A DNA stretch of 64,000 nucleotides from Takakia lepidozioides (GCA_030704615.1 CM060733.1:73780001-73844000); one strand, 5' to 3'; shown: positions 49,283-62,707, counted from the first letter of the stretch. Notes: generated by a model not told the origin, from the letters alone. Numbers and translations: made by a program.

Positions 49283-49846
49283 TCACGTTGTCAATGGGAC
49301 TTCGACTGCTCTCAGAACTAGCTCATGAGTCATGGGGCTCCTCCATGTAAAGTCGATTGCAGCCGTTGTACCGCCCCTAGTGATGTTCACCACAATGTCC
49401 TGCCCTTCAATCATACCACCATCGAATATGGAAATCTTCACGTTTTCGTCGTCCACACCAATGCGAATGTCCCCATACAATGGAGAAGAGGAGCGCACTC
49501 CTCGAGGAGAATAGGTCTCTCCGATGGAGTCCACCCACGTCCAGTGGCAGCAGTTCCACCGCAACAGCATAGCAGTGCGCCTTCTTCTGCATGGGTGACC
49601 GTCGTAGCTGGGAAAATCGGAATCGAGGATGCGCAGGAGCCACGGACTCCTCAGACCAAGATCGTCACCCCGCTCGAAGGCGTAGTGGCCTACGATATAC
49701 TCAAAAGCCACCAATGTTTCCACAATCGAACCAGTATCTTCTCTGTAATCTGTGTACCAGATAACAATGTCTCCCGATGTGGCCGAATACATTGCATAAT
49801 CGATGCCTCCAAAGGGGCAGTCGTCCCGGTTCCGGAAGCACGGCAT
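49283..49846 (-). CDS. Cargo paralog R, intact copy
   Basis: Differs from the copy A protein at only a few residues. Confidence 0.72.
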   Translation of the reverse strand: MPCFRNRDDCPFGGIDYAMYSATSGDIVIWYTDYREDTGSIVETLVAFEYIVGHYAFERGDDLGLRSPWLLRILDSDFPSYDGHPCRRRRTAMLLRWNCCHWTWVDSIGETYSPRGVRSSSPLYGDIRIGVDDENVKISIFDGGMIEGQDIVVNITRGGTTAAIDFTWRSPMTHELVLRAVEVPLTT

Positions 49847-50961
49847 CCTTGCAAAGGAGGACCTGAGGACGACTTGGATGCCGATGACCTTGCGGACAGC
49901 TACGAAGCCCTTAGATTTTGGAAAAGATACGAAGCGGAAGAGCAGTCCGGCCTCCAAAATGGAGCATCTGGGTCACACGTACCCACCGACGGAGGTGGAA
50001 CGTGTTCATCACGGCAGCGGTGGATGAAGCCATACATCTTTCTCATCAACAAGTTATAGTTTGAGATCTGCCACCGAAGTCCATCCCCCCGGATGGAAAT
50101 TCGGCGCCGCATTTACATCGAAGAGGGGATGGACTTCGTCGTGTCCAGTGGCTATCGGCCCAACTGGCAGTGAGTGCCCATAGTTTGCATGGCAGGGTAG
50201 GAAACTGAAACGGCTACATTCATGCAGCAGCCAATCTTCATCGGTCCAGGATCCTGTACGGGGGAAACTGGAGTGTGCCCTGGAGTGTGCCCTGGAATGT
50301 ACCTCACTTCTGTATGACTGTGTTTCATTGTGTGAATAACTCTCGGATTTGGCCCACTGTTTACAATTTGATGTCTCATTTCTACAATTTGTCTGTCGGT
50401 TGATAAATAAAGCAGAGTAACCGGTATGTGAGTCATGTGTCAAGAATATACCAGAGTAACGCCATGTCGGACATTGAAATGCGGCACCGCATTTCCATGT
50501 CGGCATCGAAATGTGGCGCCGCATTTCCATGTCGGGATCGAAATGCGGCGCCGCATTTCCATGTCGGGATCGAAATGCGGCGCCGCATTTCCATGTCGGG
50601 ATCGAAATGCGGCACAGCATTTCCATGTCGGACATCGAAATGCGGCACCGCATTTCCATGTGGGACAAGAAAATGCGGTGGCATCATTTCCGTCCAGGTA
50701 CACGAAATACCAACACGGGTCTATAAATTGATCAGAAAACGAGGTTGGCATTGCAAATGCGGCGACGCATTTCCAGCGTGGCAATGGAAACTTCTTTTTG
50801 GACAAGGGAATGCGGTGCGCATTTCCGTCCAACACTTCGAAAAGTGCACCTATTTCCGACCAGCGATGGAATGCGTTACCCTCGAGAGAGGGTCTGCAAA
50901 CAAATTGCGATGTCCGTCTGGAAATGCGGCGCCGCATTCCATGTCCGTCATCGACTTTTTT

Positions 50962-51461
50962 NNNNNNNNNNNNNNNNNNNNNNNNNNNNNNNNNNNNNNN
51001 NNNNNNNNNNNNNNNNNNNNNNNNNNNNNNNNNNNNNNNNNNNNNNNNNNNNNNNNNNNNNNNNNNNNNNNNNNNNNNNNNNNNNNNNNNNNNNNNNNNN
51101 NNNNNNNNNNNNNNNNNNNNNNNNNNNNNNNNNNNNNNNNNNNNNNNNNNNNNNNNNNNNNNNNNNNNNNNNNNNNNNNNNNNNNNNNNNNNNNNNNNNN
51201 NNNNNNNNNNNNNNNNNNNNNNNNNNNNNNNNNNNNNNNNNNNNNNNNNNNNNNNNNNNNNNNNNNNNNNNNNNNNNNNNNNNNNNNNNNNNNNNNNNNN
51301 NNNNNNNNNNNNNNNNNNNNNNNNNNNNNNNNNNNNNNNNNNNNNNNNNNNNNNNNNNNNNNNNNNNNNNNNNNNNNNNNNNNNNNNNNNNNNNNNNNNN
51401 NNNNNNNNNNNNNNNNNNNNNNNNNNNNNNNNNNNNNNNNNNNNNNNNNNNNNNNNNNNNN
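50962..51461. other. Assembly gap (500 N)
   Basis: Run of N; the flanks are indel-rich relative to copy A. Confidence 0.99.
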
Positions 51462-51509
51462 CCAAATCGTCACCGCATTTCGAATGTGCTAGGGAGGGTA
51501 TGAGTATCT

Positions 51510-53039
51510 TACGAGTTCAGGTCCGCCATGGCATTCTTTGAGCAGAGGAGTCTGCCGCCTTCACCTTTAGATGACACACCTCCACCATGTAATGCCAGCC
51601 AATTTGCTTGGCATGGTTCTGCTTGATGTCTCCCACCAGGCGAGAAGTCGGTGATTTCCCGTCCACACAAAGAACATTTTAACACCCGACATATGGCCGA
51701 GGTGAGTCGGGATCACCCTCAGCGTCGCCTCGATTCGGGTGCGAGTGTGCCAGTGGGTATCCCCGTTGACAATGCATCGGCAGTGGGTCCACGGGTTCGC
51801 CGTCCTCATTCTCTATGGAAACTTAAAACCTTTCTGCCGATCCAAGACGGTAACCCTTCTCGAAATGCAAACTTGAGCTTATCCACATCTCCGTGAAGGG
51901 CCTTGCCTGACGATGGGAAGGGAGACCATGCGACAGAGTGGGATTCGAAGAGTCGCTGGATTACCGCTGCCCAAAACTCTGCCAATGCTACTGTGTGTCT
52001 CCTCCAACATTTTATCCCGCACTTTTAATCCAATCTCCTGAGACATGTCTAGGTGCGGTAGTGGGCTGAGCAGCTGGAGCATCCTCAACTGGAGCTGCAC
52101 TCTGGGGCCCTGTGTGCGGGCAATTCTGCCATTGCAGAGGCCTCCTCCGGGCCTGCTAGCTCATCGGTGGTGAGGTCTGCCTGCGAACGTTCAGCGGCAG
52201 CACCCTCCTCCGTACCAAATCGAGATCAACGGTCGATCCCATTGCCTTCGCTGTCAGCAGAGTCGGCCCCAACATCTGCAGGCGGGAAATCCTCCAGGGA
52301 ACTGAGCTTCAGCTCGTGGAAGCGGTTTTGCGGGAGATTGTTCGCCCGTCGCCCTGATTGCCTTCTGCTTCCTCATCCTTGCAGGTGAAGGTGTCTGCTG
52401 CAATAGAATCTGTCTTCTACCCCTGCTGCTTCATTCGCGTTGGGGGGGGTGAATCGGCCTGAGCCGGTTGAGAAGCCAGTAGAGGGACGGGCTGCTTCTT
52501 CTTCGACTTTGCTGGAGAAGGCCCCGACCCCTGCTGGCGATTCTCCATGATCGAAGAACGCGAGTCGATCTCTGAGACTTTGAACTTGCCCTTCGAAGAC
52601 GCGTCTTTTGAATCGCAGAGGGCTAGGCCGGCAGGAATACCCGCGCTCGGGGATCGGGTGGGTGTACGTGCTGCAGCTAGCTCCTCGGACTCTTTCCTGC
52701 GGCTCTTCGGATTCCTGCGATCCCTCCAGCACGTCCACCTTTCCTGTTAGGCATGCAAACATGTTCTGCATTCAAGTCTCCTAGCATTCAGTCTAAGAAT
52801 TACAGAAGCAAAATGGGGGGTTCGGTGCTCGATCAGCTGCGCGCAGCCCGATCGCATGGAGCTCTCACTGGTGGCTGGGTTGCCTGAGTGGCCTGCTGCT
52901 CGGAGATGGCAATCTCCTCCTGTAGACGCATCTGCTTCCTCCCCTTCGGCATTGGCCTACGTCCGAAGTATAATTTCCGGAGCTTGCGACGAGGTCTCCT
53001 GTCTGGTGCACGAACTCCCCCCCTCTCAGGTTCGAGCAT
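51510..53039 (-). pseudogene. 5' part of ParB-like/MTase gene in copy D (remainder falls in the gap; low-quality sequence)
   Basis: MLEPERGGVRAPDRRPRRKLRK..., MLEETHSSIGRVLG..TLRIPLCRMVSLPIV, KMFFVW.GNHRLLAWW. Confidence 0.75.
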
Positions 53040-55278
53040 AAGAAGAACAGAGAGAGGGAAAAAGGGGCAAAGAGTGCAGATGGAAAAGGGCGCGAAAGGG
53101 GTGACTGAGGAGACACGACAAAAGTGATGAAACGGCGGTGATGCACCACTTGGGTTCGAAAGGTTGGACGAAAGTGTCTCCTCGTGGATGTTTGCGTCAT
53201 TACGAAATTCGAATCGTTGAGGGTACGCCTGCCGTCGGAAAATCAAACATCATTATCCAACAGTCAGGCCGCGCCGCCTCATGCCCCTTCAGTCAGATAG
53301 AGTGCCGACATGTGCAGCAATTCCGTTGCTCCACGTGTTCACATTTCAAGGCATTTCCGTCCCAGCGTCTGATGAGTTGGAGCGAGAATGCGAATGCGGC
53401 GCCGCATTTCCGTTAAGTACCATCACGAAGCTACACATCCGTACTTGTTGGAAGGAAATGCGGCACCGCATGTCCGTTCCACCTTCACATACCTTAGTTG
53501 TTGAACGGAAATACGGTGCCGCATTTCCGTCCCACAGCTCCATGTATGAGATTCAGAAGGGAAATGCGGCGCCGCATTTCCGTTCCCACTTCACATACGT
53601 TAGTTGATGAATGGAAATGCCGTGCCACATTTCCGTTCGGGAAAGTATAGAGGTCTCACCTGGACAGAAATGCGGTGTCGCATTTCCGGTCTGGAAAGGT
53701 GAAGGACTCACATGGATGGAAATGCGGCAACACATTTCCGTAGCACAGCTCCAGGCCGAATATACAAAACGGAAATGCAGCGCCGCATTTCCGTTCGAGA
53801 ATGTCGGAAGGTGCGACTCGAACGGAAATGCGGTGCCGCATTTCTGTACCCGTTGCGCACGATTTTCAGTCAGAATGGAAATGCGGTACCGCATTTCCGT
53901 TCTGTAGAGTATTAACGTCCGACGCTGGCGGAAATGCCTTCCCGCATTTTCGTTCCACAGCTCCATGCCTCACATACAAAACGGAAATGCGGATGGTGGG
54001 ACTCCGACGGAAATGCGGTACCGCATTTCAATTCCGATGTTTCAGGATATTTCATCAGAACGGAAATGCGGTGCCGCATTTCCCTTTTAAATCTAATACA
54101 TTCCGTTCTGGAATGTTGGGAGGTGCGACTCGGATGGAAATGCGCTGCCGCATTTCAGTTCCGATGGTTCACGATTTTCAGTCAGAACGGAAATGCGGTA
54201 CCGCATTTCCGTTCTGGAATGATGGTAGGTGCGACTCGGATGGAAATACGTTGCCGCATTTCAGTTCCGATGGTTCACGATTTTCAGTCAGAACAGAAAT
54301 GCGGTGCCGCATTTCCGTTCTGGAATGATGGTAGGTGCGACTCGGATGGAAATACGGTGCCGCATTTCAGTTCAGATAGTTCACGATTTTCAGTCAGAAC
54401 GGAAATGCGGTGCCGCATTTCCGTTCTGGATAGTTTGAATGTCTCAACCGGTCGGAATTGCGCTGTATGAAGCTGTCGGAATCTTACTCGGCTCCAGGCA
54501 TCAGATACAAAATGGAAATGCGGCGCCGCATTTCCTTTATGGAATGTGGAAAAGTGCGACTCGGACGGAAATGCGGTGCCGCATTTCTGTTCCCGTTGTT
54601 CATAATTCTCAATCAGAACGGAAATGCGGTACCGCATTTCCGTTCCACCTTCACATACCGTGCTTGTTGAATGAAAATGCGGTACCGCATTTCCGTTCTC
54701 GAGAGTATGAATGTCTTTTAAGGACGGAAATGTGCTGCAGCATTTCTATCCCTCAGCTCCATGCATCAGATACAAAATGGAAATGCGGCGCCGCATTTCC
54801 GTTCTGGAATGTCGAAAAGTGCGACTCGGATGGAAATGCGGTGCCGCATTTCTGTTCCCGTTGTTCATAAATCTCAATCAGAACGGAAATGCGGTACCGC
54901 ATTTCCGTTCCACCTTCACATACCGTGCTTGCTGGATGGAAATGCGTTACCGCATTTCCGTTCTGGAGAGTATAAATGTTTCCCCCGGACGGAAACTCGG
55001 TGCCGCATTTCCGTCGCTCTGTTGCATGACCAAGATGCAATACGGAAATGCGGCGCCGTATTTCCGTCCACCAGCAATCGACAGAATCACTCGGGACGGG
55101 AAATCTGGAACCTCAATGGGTTGCATTGTTCCGAAACAACACAATTGCGGCCAGTCTTGATGAGCACAACTTGGTTGTCTGACCGTTTTAACCAGCAGTC
55201 CTGGCACTTGTCAGTGCGAACGTTCCTGTCTGCACCGAGAATACTGCTGGATCCACCCTCAGGAGAAACTGTCAGGAG

Positions 55279-58200
55279 ATGTTATTTCGTCGCCGAATCG
55301 GCCATCATTGTCCTACTCACTGGCTATGGAATCAAACCTCCCACCTTCATGCATGTAGCTTGAAACAATACTTTCCACTTCAATGTGCGACTTCCAATTG
55401 TCGATGGACTCCGCAGATCCACTTAGATGGTGCCTGTGAGCCTTGGTCTGTCGCTATACGGAACCTCGCACTTGCCAACTCCGTGCGGTGTTCGATGGCT
55501 CCGAATTCCTACGCTATAGTTTGCTGTCCTCCGCAACTTGGGAGAGCCTGGATCCCAAACGAGGGAGGACTTTGCAGAGTGACTGAAACTTACCTTTGTT
55601 CCAAATTCAAGCTCAAACCGGGCACAGTTTATTTGGAAGAAGAAAGGAAGGATGTTCCTGGACAGGTTGACGAGACCATTGTCGTGCTAGGTAACGACGG
55701 AGGTTGCGGAATCGAATGGCACGTTCCCCCGTCAGACACCATCCTGTACCGAGCTGTGGGAATGCCCATTCCCTTTCCGAATCAGTCGCTGCCCACACCA
55801 TCCACAAAGGAGTCCGGAAACCGAGAGGCGGCCACTGCCAACAGAGAGGTATGCAACGATAATCATTCCCGACCTGGACCGTCAAGACCCTCCATAGCTT
55901 CTCGTGTGGACGTATTCGACATTTCCGACGAGGAAGATGATTGCATTGAGGTACCCATGTCCTCCACACGGTCGTTCAAATCCGGCATGGACATCTCTGT
56001 AGGTGCTACGCATGTGCCCTCGAGCATAACTCCAACCCGGTCCATTGTGCAGCTCCTACGACAACATCACCTCGATGGTTCTCGCTCCGAGCTGGCTGCT
56101 CTCGACTATGCCAAATTCCCAGTCAGAAAGGTAACTTTTCTGCCTCCCGAAGTCGATGGCAATGTCATCTTTGAGTTTCCACCTGTTTCTTCGTCAAAGA
56201 AAGCCTCCGGGATGTTAACAGACATGGATCGAAAGCATGACGGACACCCCTGGTGTGTGACGAAGACCAGTAGCACGAAAATTGCTGATGGTGTTCGTGT
56301 ACGATATGTCCTCTGTGCGGGGAAGCTGAGGTGCCTCAATCCCACCTGCTTCCACTTTCTCTCCAAAGGAGGGCGGAGAAACGAGACGGATTGGACTGGC
56401 ACAACGCATCATCCATTCATTGTCTCCAGCCAAGCTCCTGCGGGTTCTTTCAAGTGTGCACATTGCAAAGAACCACCGACGTGCATGTCCATGTGTAGAG
56501 CCAAGCAATATTACGTAATCCATTTGCTCCCGGACTTGACTAGAGCTTGCATACACGTTGGGGTCCACTGCCACCCCTTGGCGAGAGGCAACATGCGTGA
56601 GGCTGTGCAGGAAGCACACGACATCATAAAAGAGGAGGTGAAATTGAGCCCCGGAGCCAGACCAAAGCAGATTCAGCTGAAGGCAGCCCACAAGATTGCT
56701 CTTGGCAAAATCATGTCTGAAGATGGTTCCGACCGAGAGCCCTTGACCGAAGACGAGATGCGTGACCTCTTGGAGTCCGTCTCGCACGTTTGTAGTCCGA
56801 ATGTGCGGAATCACATCGTATCTTGCAAGCAGGAGTTCGGCAGGGGGTCGGACATGTACTCAATCCTGGAGGTGAAACGAATGACTGGATATGACTACAT
56901 CCAAGGTAGCAGGTTTCCAGGGCAAGGCAGCGAATCCGATCGTTGTTACATTTTCAAAATGTCGACGTGTGGGCCTGGGAGTGGAGTCGACTTGGTCACT
57001 CACATGACAACTGGAAACTTGTCGAATGCTTGGGTGATGTTTGATCACATCAAGCAAATTACAAACCATCAGTGGGTGACTATGGGTGCGCATGTTTATG
57101 ACTATCACTCCAAGAGGCTCATGACGATTGCAATCTGCGAGATGAAAGGGGAGGACACACAGTCCGAGATGCATCTGTGGGAGGGCATAAACGAGCAGAT
57201 GGCAAGGGCGGGATTGCCAGAGCCCAATTTCAGGGGATTCATGGCAGACAACGCTCAGGCCAACTGGGCAGCGGTGCGGCGTGTGTACGGTGAGGACCCC
57301 AATGTTCCAATGGAGGGGAAAGAGAGATCCTGTGGATTCCATTGGATGCAGAGTCTATCCCACTACACTACCAAATTTGTTGCTAGCTCATTCCAGGCTG
57401 AACACCGTGTCCTTTGTACGGCGTGGAAGGATGCACCCACATTTGATGATGCGGAGGTTAAGTTTGCTATCATCGAGGCTTGGTGGAACACGTCAGGTGC
57501 AGTGGAGACAACCAATCTGGGAGCATTGCACAGCTGGTTGGGGTGGTGGCATTTTCGGTATCGACAGTTCGGACAGTACATGCGGGAGGTAGGCTGCTGT
57601 CAATTTCGTTCATTTGTCTTTCTGTTACGGACATTTCGATTGGTCCCTCACCGTTGTTTGTGTCCTTCTAGGAGCGGTGCTTGGATTCCGACACGGACAT
57701 GCCGAACACGAATATGGCAGAATCGGTCCACTCCTCCTGGCGAGCGTCTTCTGCCGCACATCTGGTGGACGTAGTCACGGCCACAACGGAGGACATCGAC
57801 AGAGCAATCATGCAGCAAGCCACGTACTACAAGTTCCTGAGCGGCAAACAATGGGGCTTTGGGCCGGACAGGGAGGAATTGTTGGTACGAACAGCTTCGA
57901 GGTCCAAGAATCCAGTGAAATGGGCGACAGCATTGCGAGAGAAGATCAAAGGGACGCCTCTGCACCGCAGAGGTGAACACCTAGAGGGGGACGTCCGGAC
58001 TCGCCCTGTCAGGCGGAGGATTGAAGAGGAACCCGGGTGCGAAGAGGATTCCTGGAGATCCGACAGGAACATTCGGACAGCACCTCGAGGTCCCGTCATA
58101 TTGCCGCACAATGTGTCTTCCAGCAGTGGAAGCCCAAGAAATTCCAGATCGCCCTCGCCTTCAACCGGGGATTTCGTGCAACAAATTCCCACCGCTCCCT

Positions 58201-58440
58201 TGCCCCACATTCCGCCCGCTGTTATGCAGTATGGCCAAGCCATTGTGGAGACGACTGTGTCTGCCTCACAGTGGAGAATTGCTCGCACAAAGCCGTCGTT
58301 TCGAGGAAGGTGTTCCGCAATTCGTGTGGATACACGGCAACGTTGTTTAGAGATGATAAGGAGGAATCCAGATGGGGCTGTCCCTGCTCCTACTTTTACA
58401 GGAAGATTTGTCCATGCAAAGTTTGCGGAGGCGACAACCA
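55279..58440 (+). CDS. MULE transposase of copy D: uninterrupted exon 1 (55279 or 55495 to 57588), intron 57589-57671, exon 2 truncated before SWIM
   Basis: 831-aa ORF with GCM-like Cys/His motifs, MFDH, FMADN and CGFHW. The splice GAG|gtaggc...ttctag|GAG gives ..YMREERCLDSDTDMPNTNMAESVH. Confidence 0.9.
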
Positions 58441-61400
58441 GGAGAAAACCCCCCTTAAAATACCCGTCCCAGGGACCAACAGTCCCTGGCGGGGTCCGTC
58501 GTAATATCCAGCGGTTAAAACCGATACCCTGCGGCCAGCGCGGCGTGGCTGGCCCGCCGCCGGCGCAGGTCCAGTGGGTAATAGGCAGGCTCCGTCGTCT
58601 CTACCGCTCGTGTCGTACCTGCGCGGGCCCAGCTATGGCGCCTGGTGCTGCCACGCAGTGTACCAACAACCCGTACTTTGCTCCAGGGGTCAACTCCCCC
58701 CACGGGGGAAGGCCGCGCCACCTGTGTTAGATGCGCCTTTCCATGGCGATTCTAGGCAACCTCCTTGGTTGACCTCCAGCCCAAAGGCGCCTAAGGCGCC
58801 GGCACTTTAGTGCTGGGCTCTGCCTTTTTTGGCAGCTCTCTACAAAATAGCTTAACCACTTATAAAGCTAGTTAGCATTGCATCCCATGGTCCTCTATGG
58901 CCAGGGGGCTTATGAACATAGATATGAACTTAATAATCTGGAAATTTTGGCGATAGCTTCGCCGTCTCATGCAATATGGCTGTCGCCACTAAGCTAGAAA
59001 GGGAAATTTGACAAGAGCTTTGTCACTTCATGCAAGCTCGCCCTCTCCTTAAACATAATAATGGATATCTACCCTCACTTCCATGACGTAATTGGGTTAG
59101 ATTCCTAAGGCCATGTCTCCTGGGGCTTCCCACCTGTGCTCTTCACACATGTACATAGAGATGCACACACATCCTCTTTGAAAGAGGGTTAGTTTTTATA
59201 GATTTTTAGCAAACAATGCTTATAAGGTCCCTTCTTGGAACAAGCTTGAACAGCAAATGAATTCAAAGGTCAAGATAGTATGGTAAGTCACCCTCTGAAA
59301 CAAGTGGTGTTTGGGATGCACTACATCGCTCCGTAGAATGGTACTCAAGCCTGGTCCTCCTCCGGCACTCCTACTCGTCCTCAAGTCTCCCACTTCATGG
59401 AGCGCTTCCTCTACTTCTTGCCTCAAATGGCCACAAGGCCTTGAGCTAGGACTATCCTGCTCTCACTATGCTTGCTTCTAATACTAGAGAACCACAAGCT
59501 CAACTCTCTAGGAACTAGCTCCCTCAAGCTCAAAACTAACTACACAAGCAAGAGGCCAAAACAAGAAAATGAGACTAGATTGAAGAACAAGAAGAGCCTG
59601 CTCTTCTTTTATTGTGTTTTTGGGGCCTCTTAAACTAGTGAATCCTACATGAATCTATAATTTAAAAACGATAGAACACCATAAAATAATAACCATGGAT
59701 GGAAAACCTTGGTGTTAATGATTTTCATCCATCCAATGGATGACCAGTTGGCGCTAGGTTGTCTTCTCATCCCTCTAGCTTGCAGGTCGAATTTCCAGTT
59801 TTTATCCATTGGATGAACTATAATTCCATTTAATCGCCATTCGCAACTGCCTCCGGCGTGATAATTTGATGCCATCTCTCATCACCTCCAAAAATCTTCA
59901 AACTTGGTAACAAATTATAATTAGATGGCCCGTAGCTGCCCATAAAATATCAAGGGAATCGGGGAAGAAAAGCCACACCTTTGGTTGGTTTCCATGGTTT
60001 TGCCATATAGGCAGTCTGCCGCTTCCTGGCAGTAAAATTACTGGTGGTGCCCCCAGGGGGTCTTTGGCCCTGCCACTGGGTCACAGATCATCTGGAGTTT
60101 CCTCCTACATACTTTGCATTGCTAAGGAGTTCAAAACTTCGTCGGGAAGCTCCTTCACCCGTCGTTTGCTCCGATGCAGCACTTGCTTTGTCGTGATATT
60201 TCATCGTTGTACAGATTGTTTCCTCCAACTGCCGAGACTCCTCGCCGCGTGCTCCTACTGGACTTGAAAGGCGGGAAAATAGAGAGATCGTAATCTGGGA
60301 CTAGAACAGTCGCCATGTATTGTTTCGAACATGTGCATGTTGTCGTTACTGGTACCGAATTGGCAACTTAACTCGCTGTCAATGCAGCTCCCTGCGATCA
60401 TTTTGACGTCGGAGCTCCTCCATGGTCGTCTCAGACATACTCTCAATTCCTACGTGTTTTACCAGCGATTCCCAGATAACTCACAAACTGCCCTGCTTTG
60501 GCAGTACAATGCCTAAACTGTCTGCCTTAAGATCAAAAATGATCTGAAAAGAAATTTGTACCAATATATGCATCTACAGCTAGTTCGGGTGATCTATTGG
60601 TGAGAAAATTGCATGCTTTGGAGAGAAAAAGGCCGCTGGGAAGGCCGATCAAATAAGCCCAGAGAGAGTCGGAGGAGGCTCTAGGAACGAGAGTTAGAGA
60701 GAGAAGTAGCTAGAGACAGGAGCGAACCAAAAGTACTATGTCCGTGTTTCACGGCTACAGTGACCCCACGTGTCAGAGCCAGGGGTAGAAGACGACGTTT
60801 TCCACGAAGGAAAGACGCTGGTGTTTTATTTTAATATAGGGGGGTTGAAACTAGGCTTGGTCCCACCCCTGGAATGTCTTAGGAGGGGCGACAGGCCCGT
60901 TTTGCAACTAACAAATGTGCAGCGGAGTCTGACCTGACGACTTCCGTTCAGGGCGGCAGTTCCCCGTGAAGGGGGAATGGATCCCGGGTGTTCCTGGGGT
61001 TCCATTGACTTCCCAGGGGATTCCCACGCCCCAGTGGGGGTGCTTTTGGCACCTCTGGAGACTCCACACAAGCCTCTATTTGGGAGGTATTTTTCTGGAA
61101 TATTGTTTTTTTATTAAAAAAAAATCATTTCTTGCTATTTTGGTGGAGGGAAATTCCTCAATTAGGATTGCCACACTTGTTTGAACTTTTTGGAATATGA
61201 ACACTTGAGAGGTGTAGTTGGAAACTTATTGAATTTTTCACCTTATCTGTTTGACATTGCTTAGTGATTCTTGTCCCTTGAAGTTAAGAGAGAACTTGAG
61301 GGGGAAAGAGGATTGGTCCCTTCCCAAGGGTGACTTGAACTCAAGCACTCGGGGAAGAAGGGGCAATGGGAGAAGGAAGTCTCCTCCCTAGGTTCGGAAG

Positions 61401-62479
61401 GTGCTTTGTGAAGGGATGAAGGTGATATCCCGGCTATAAGCGGCTCGTGGACCTAGGCAGTAGGACGTTGCAATAAACAAAGACTTGGAAGGCAGTTACT
61501 TGATAGAACGTAGAAATCCCGTAGGATTTAGAAAATGCAAACTTGCCTTGTGAAGTACAATCGCCAAACCCTGCTTTGCTAATAGAAATTAGAAATCATC
61601 GATCACCCCCAGTAGCATTCCACGGACCCCCTGCACTAACCGCAGCCGGGTAGGCGGTTCATCGAGCCCAACCTACACCGCAACTTACCTCGATCCCCTT
61701 AGGCTAGTATGCCGTCACCCTGGCTGCGCGCGACCAAGGCTCGTCAAACAGCAGCCGCCAAGTGGTCTTTGTTGGAGCTAATGTCATCTGGTGAGAAGAC
61801 GTCATTGGTGTCCGGGATTCCGAGGCAACTTCTGAGTTTGTAACATGTACCCTTACTCCATTGATATAGTCTCTGGTCCTTTGTAACTCCATCCTATGAT
61901 TCTCTTCATCTATTTCCAGATCCAAGAATGCTGATAGCAGTTGAAAACCATTTACCAAGGTATCTTGGTTCTTTATTTGAAGCGGGTGGCTTCCCCTAGG
62001 GGCTGACAGCCATTGCTTGTATGTCCAAATTGCCCCGAGAAGTGGCAGCATATTGTAAATGTCTGCCTCCTCCATAAGGGCCAACACCTAAGTTGATGGT
62101 TTGCAAACCGGGTGATCTTCCAAGTAAGCCCCCCATGAAATTCTAGTTGAGGGAGACAAGAAGTAGTGGGGCATTGAAGCCTCAAAGACTTCCTGAATCT
62201 TGTATAGAACATAATTTCATGAATTTCCGGACTAGTGTTGGTACTACAACAAATCTTGACTTTTAGGTCTGTTATTTTCCATTCATATCAACCTTTTATG
62301 ACTGCATGACTCCCAGTCAGATACACCCAGTCAGTTGCGACAAATGAGTCGTAAACGCCATAGAGTCGTATCTTCCAGTCGTGGTGCTCACTGTTGACGT
62401 GGCAATAGGGACGCCTAATCATAGTCATAGATAAGACCGCAATAAATGACTGCTAATCCATGTCAGCTTCACGTGGAAC

Positions 62480-62700
62480 GGAAGGGATATGCCACGTGTC
62501 ATGACAATGGGAAGGCGACAGGGTCTTCACGACTGGTATATACGACTTCTGCAGATTAACCCTAGGACAACACGTAGAGAAGATTGGACATGACACGTGG
62601 CATGACAGGGTGAGGAGAGGGGGTCTTTCAAGACTGGCATGTATGACTACACGTGGAGAATATAGGACATGACACGTGGCATGACAATATGGAGCGGGAG
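62480..62700. repeat. Short ~80-bp tandem repeat with CATGACACGTGGCATGAC cores
   Basis: ggacatgacacgtggcatgaca at ~62586 and ~62665, plus a degenerate copy at ~62490. Confidence 0.6.
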
Positions 62701-62707
62701 GGTCTTT

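Larger units (their letters stand above)
48820..58440 (-). mobile_element. Family-A copy D in inverse orientation; contains the assembly gap; truncated or interrupted at 58440
   Basis: Begins gggggctgctatttcatgagc at 48820 and is nearly identical to the reverse complement of copy A. Arrays lie at ~50470-50945 and ~53350-55070. Homology stops after gcgacaacca at 58440. Confidence 0.9.

Noticed and set aside
50428-51541. Long ORFs containing X runs
   Set aside because: Artefacts of reading through the N gap.
58810-62450. Possible LTR fragments and ORF 61704-62087
   Set aside because: Some LTR-like composition, but no paired repeats, PBS/PPT or recognisable protein motif could be established.
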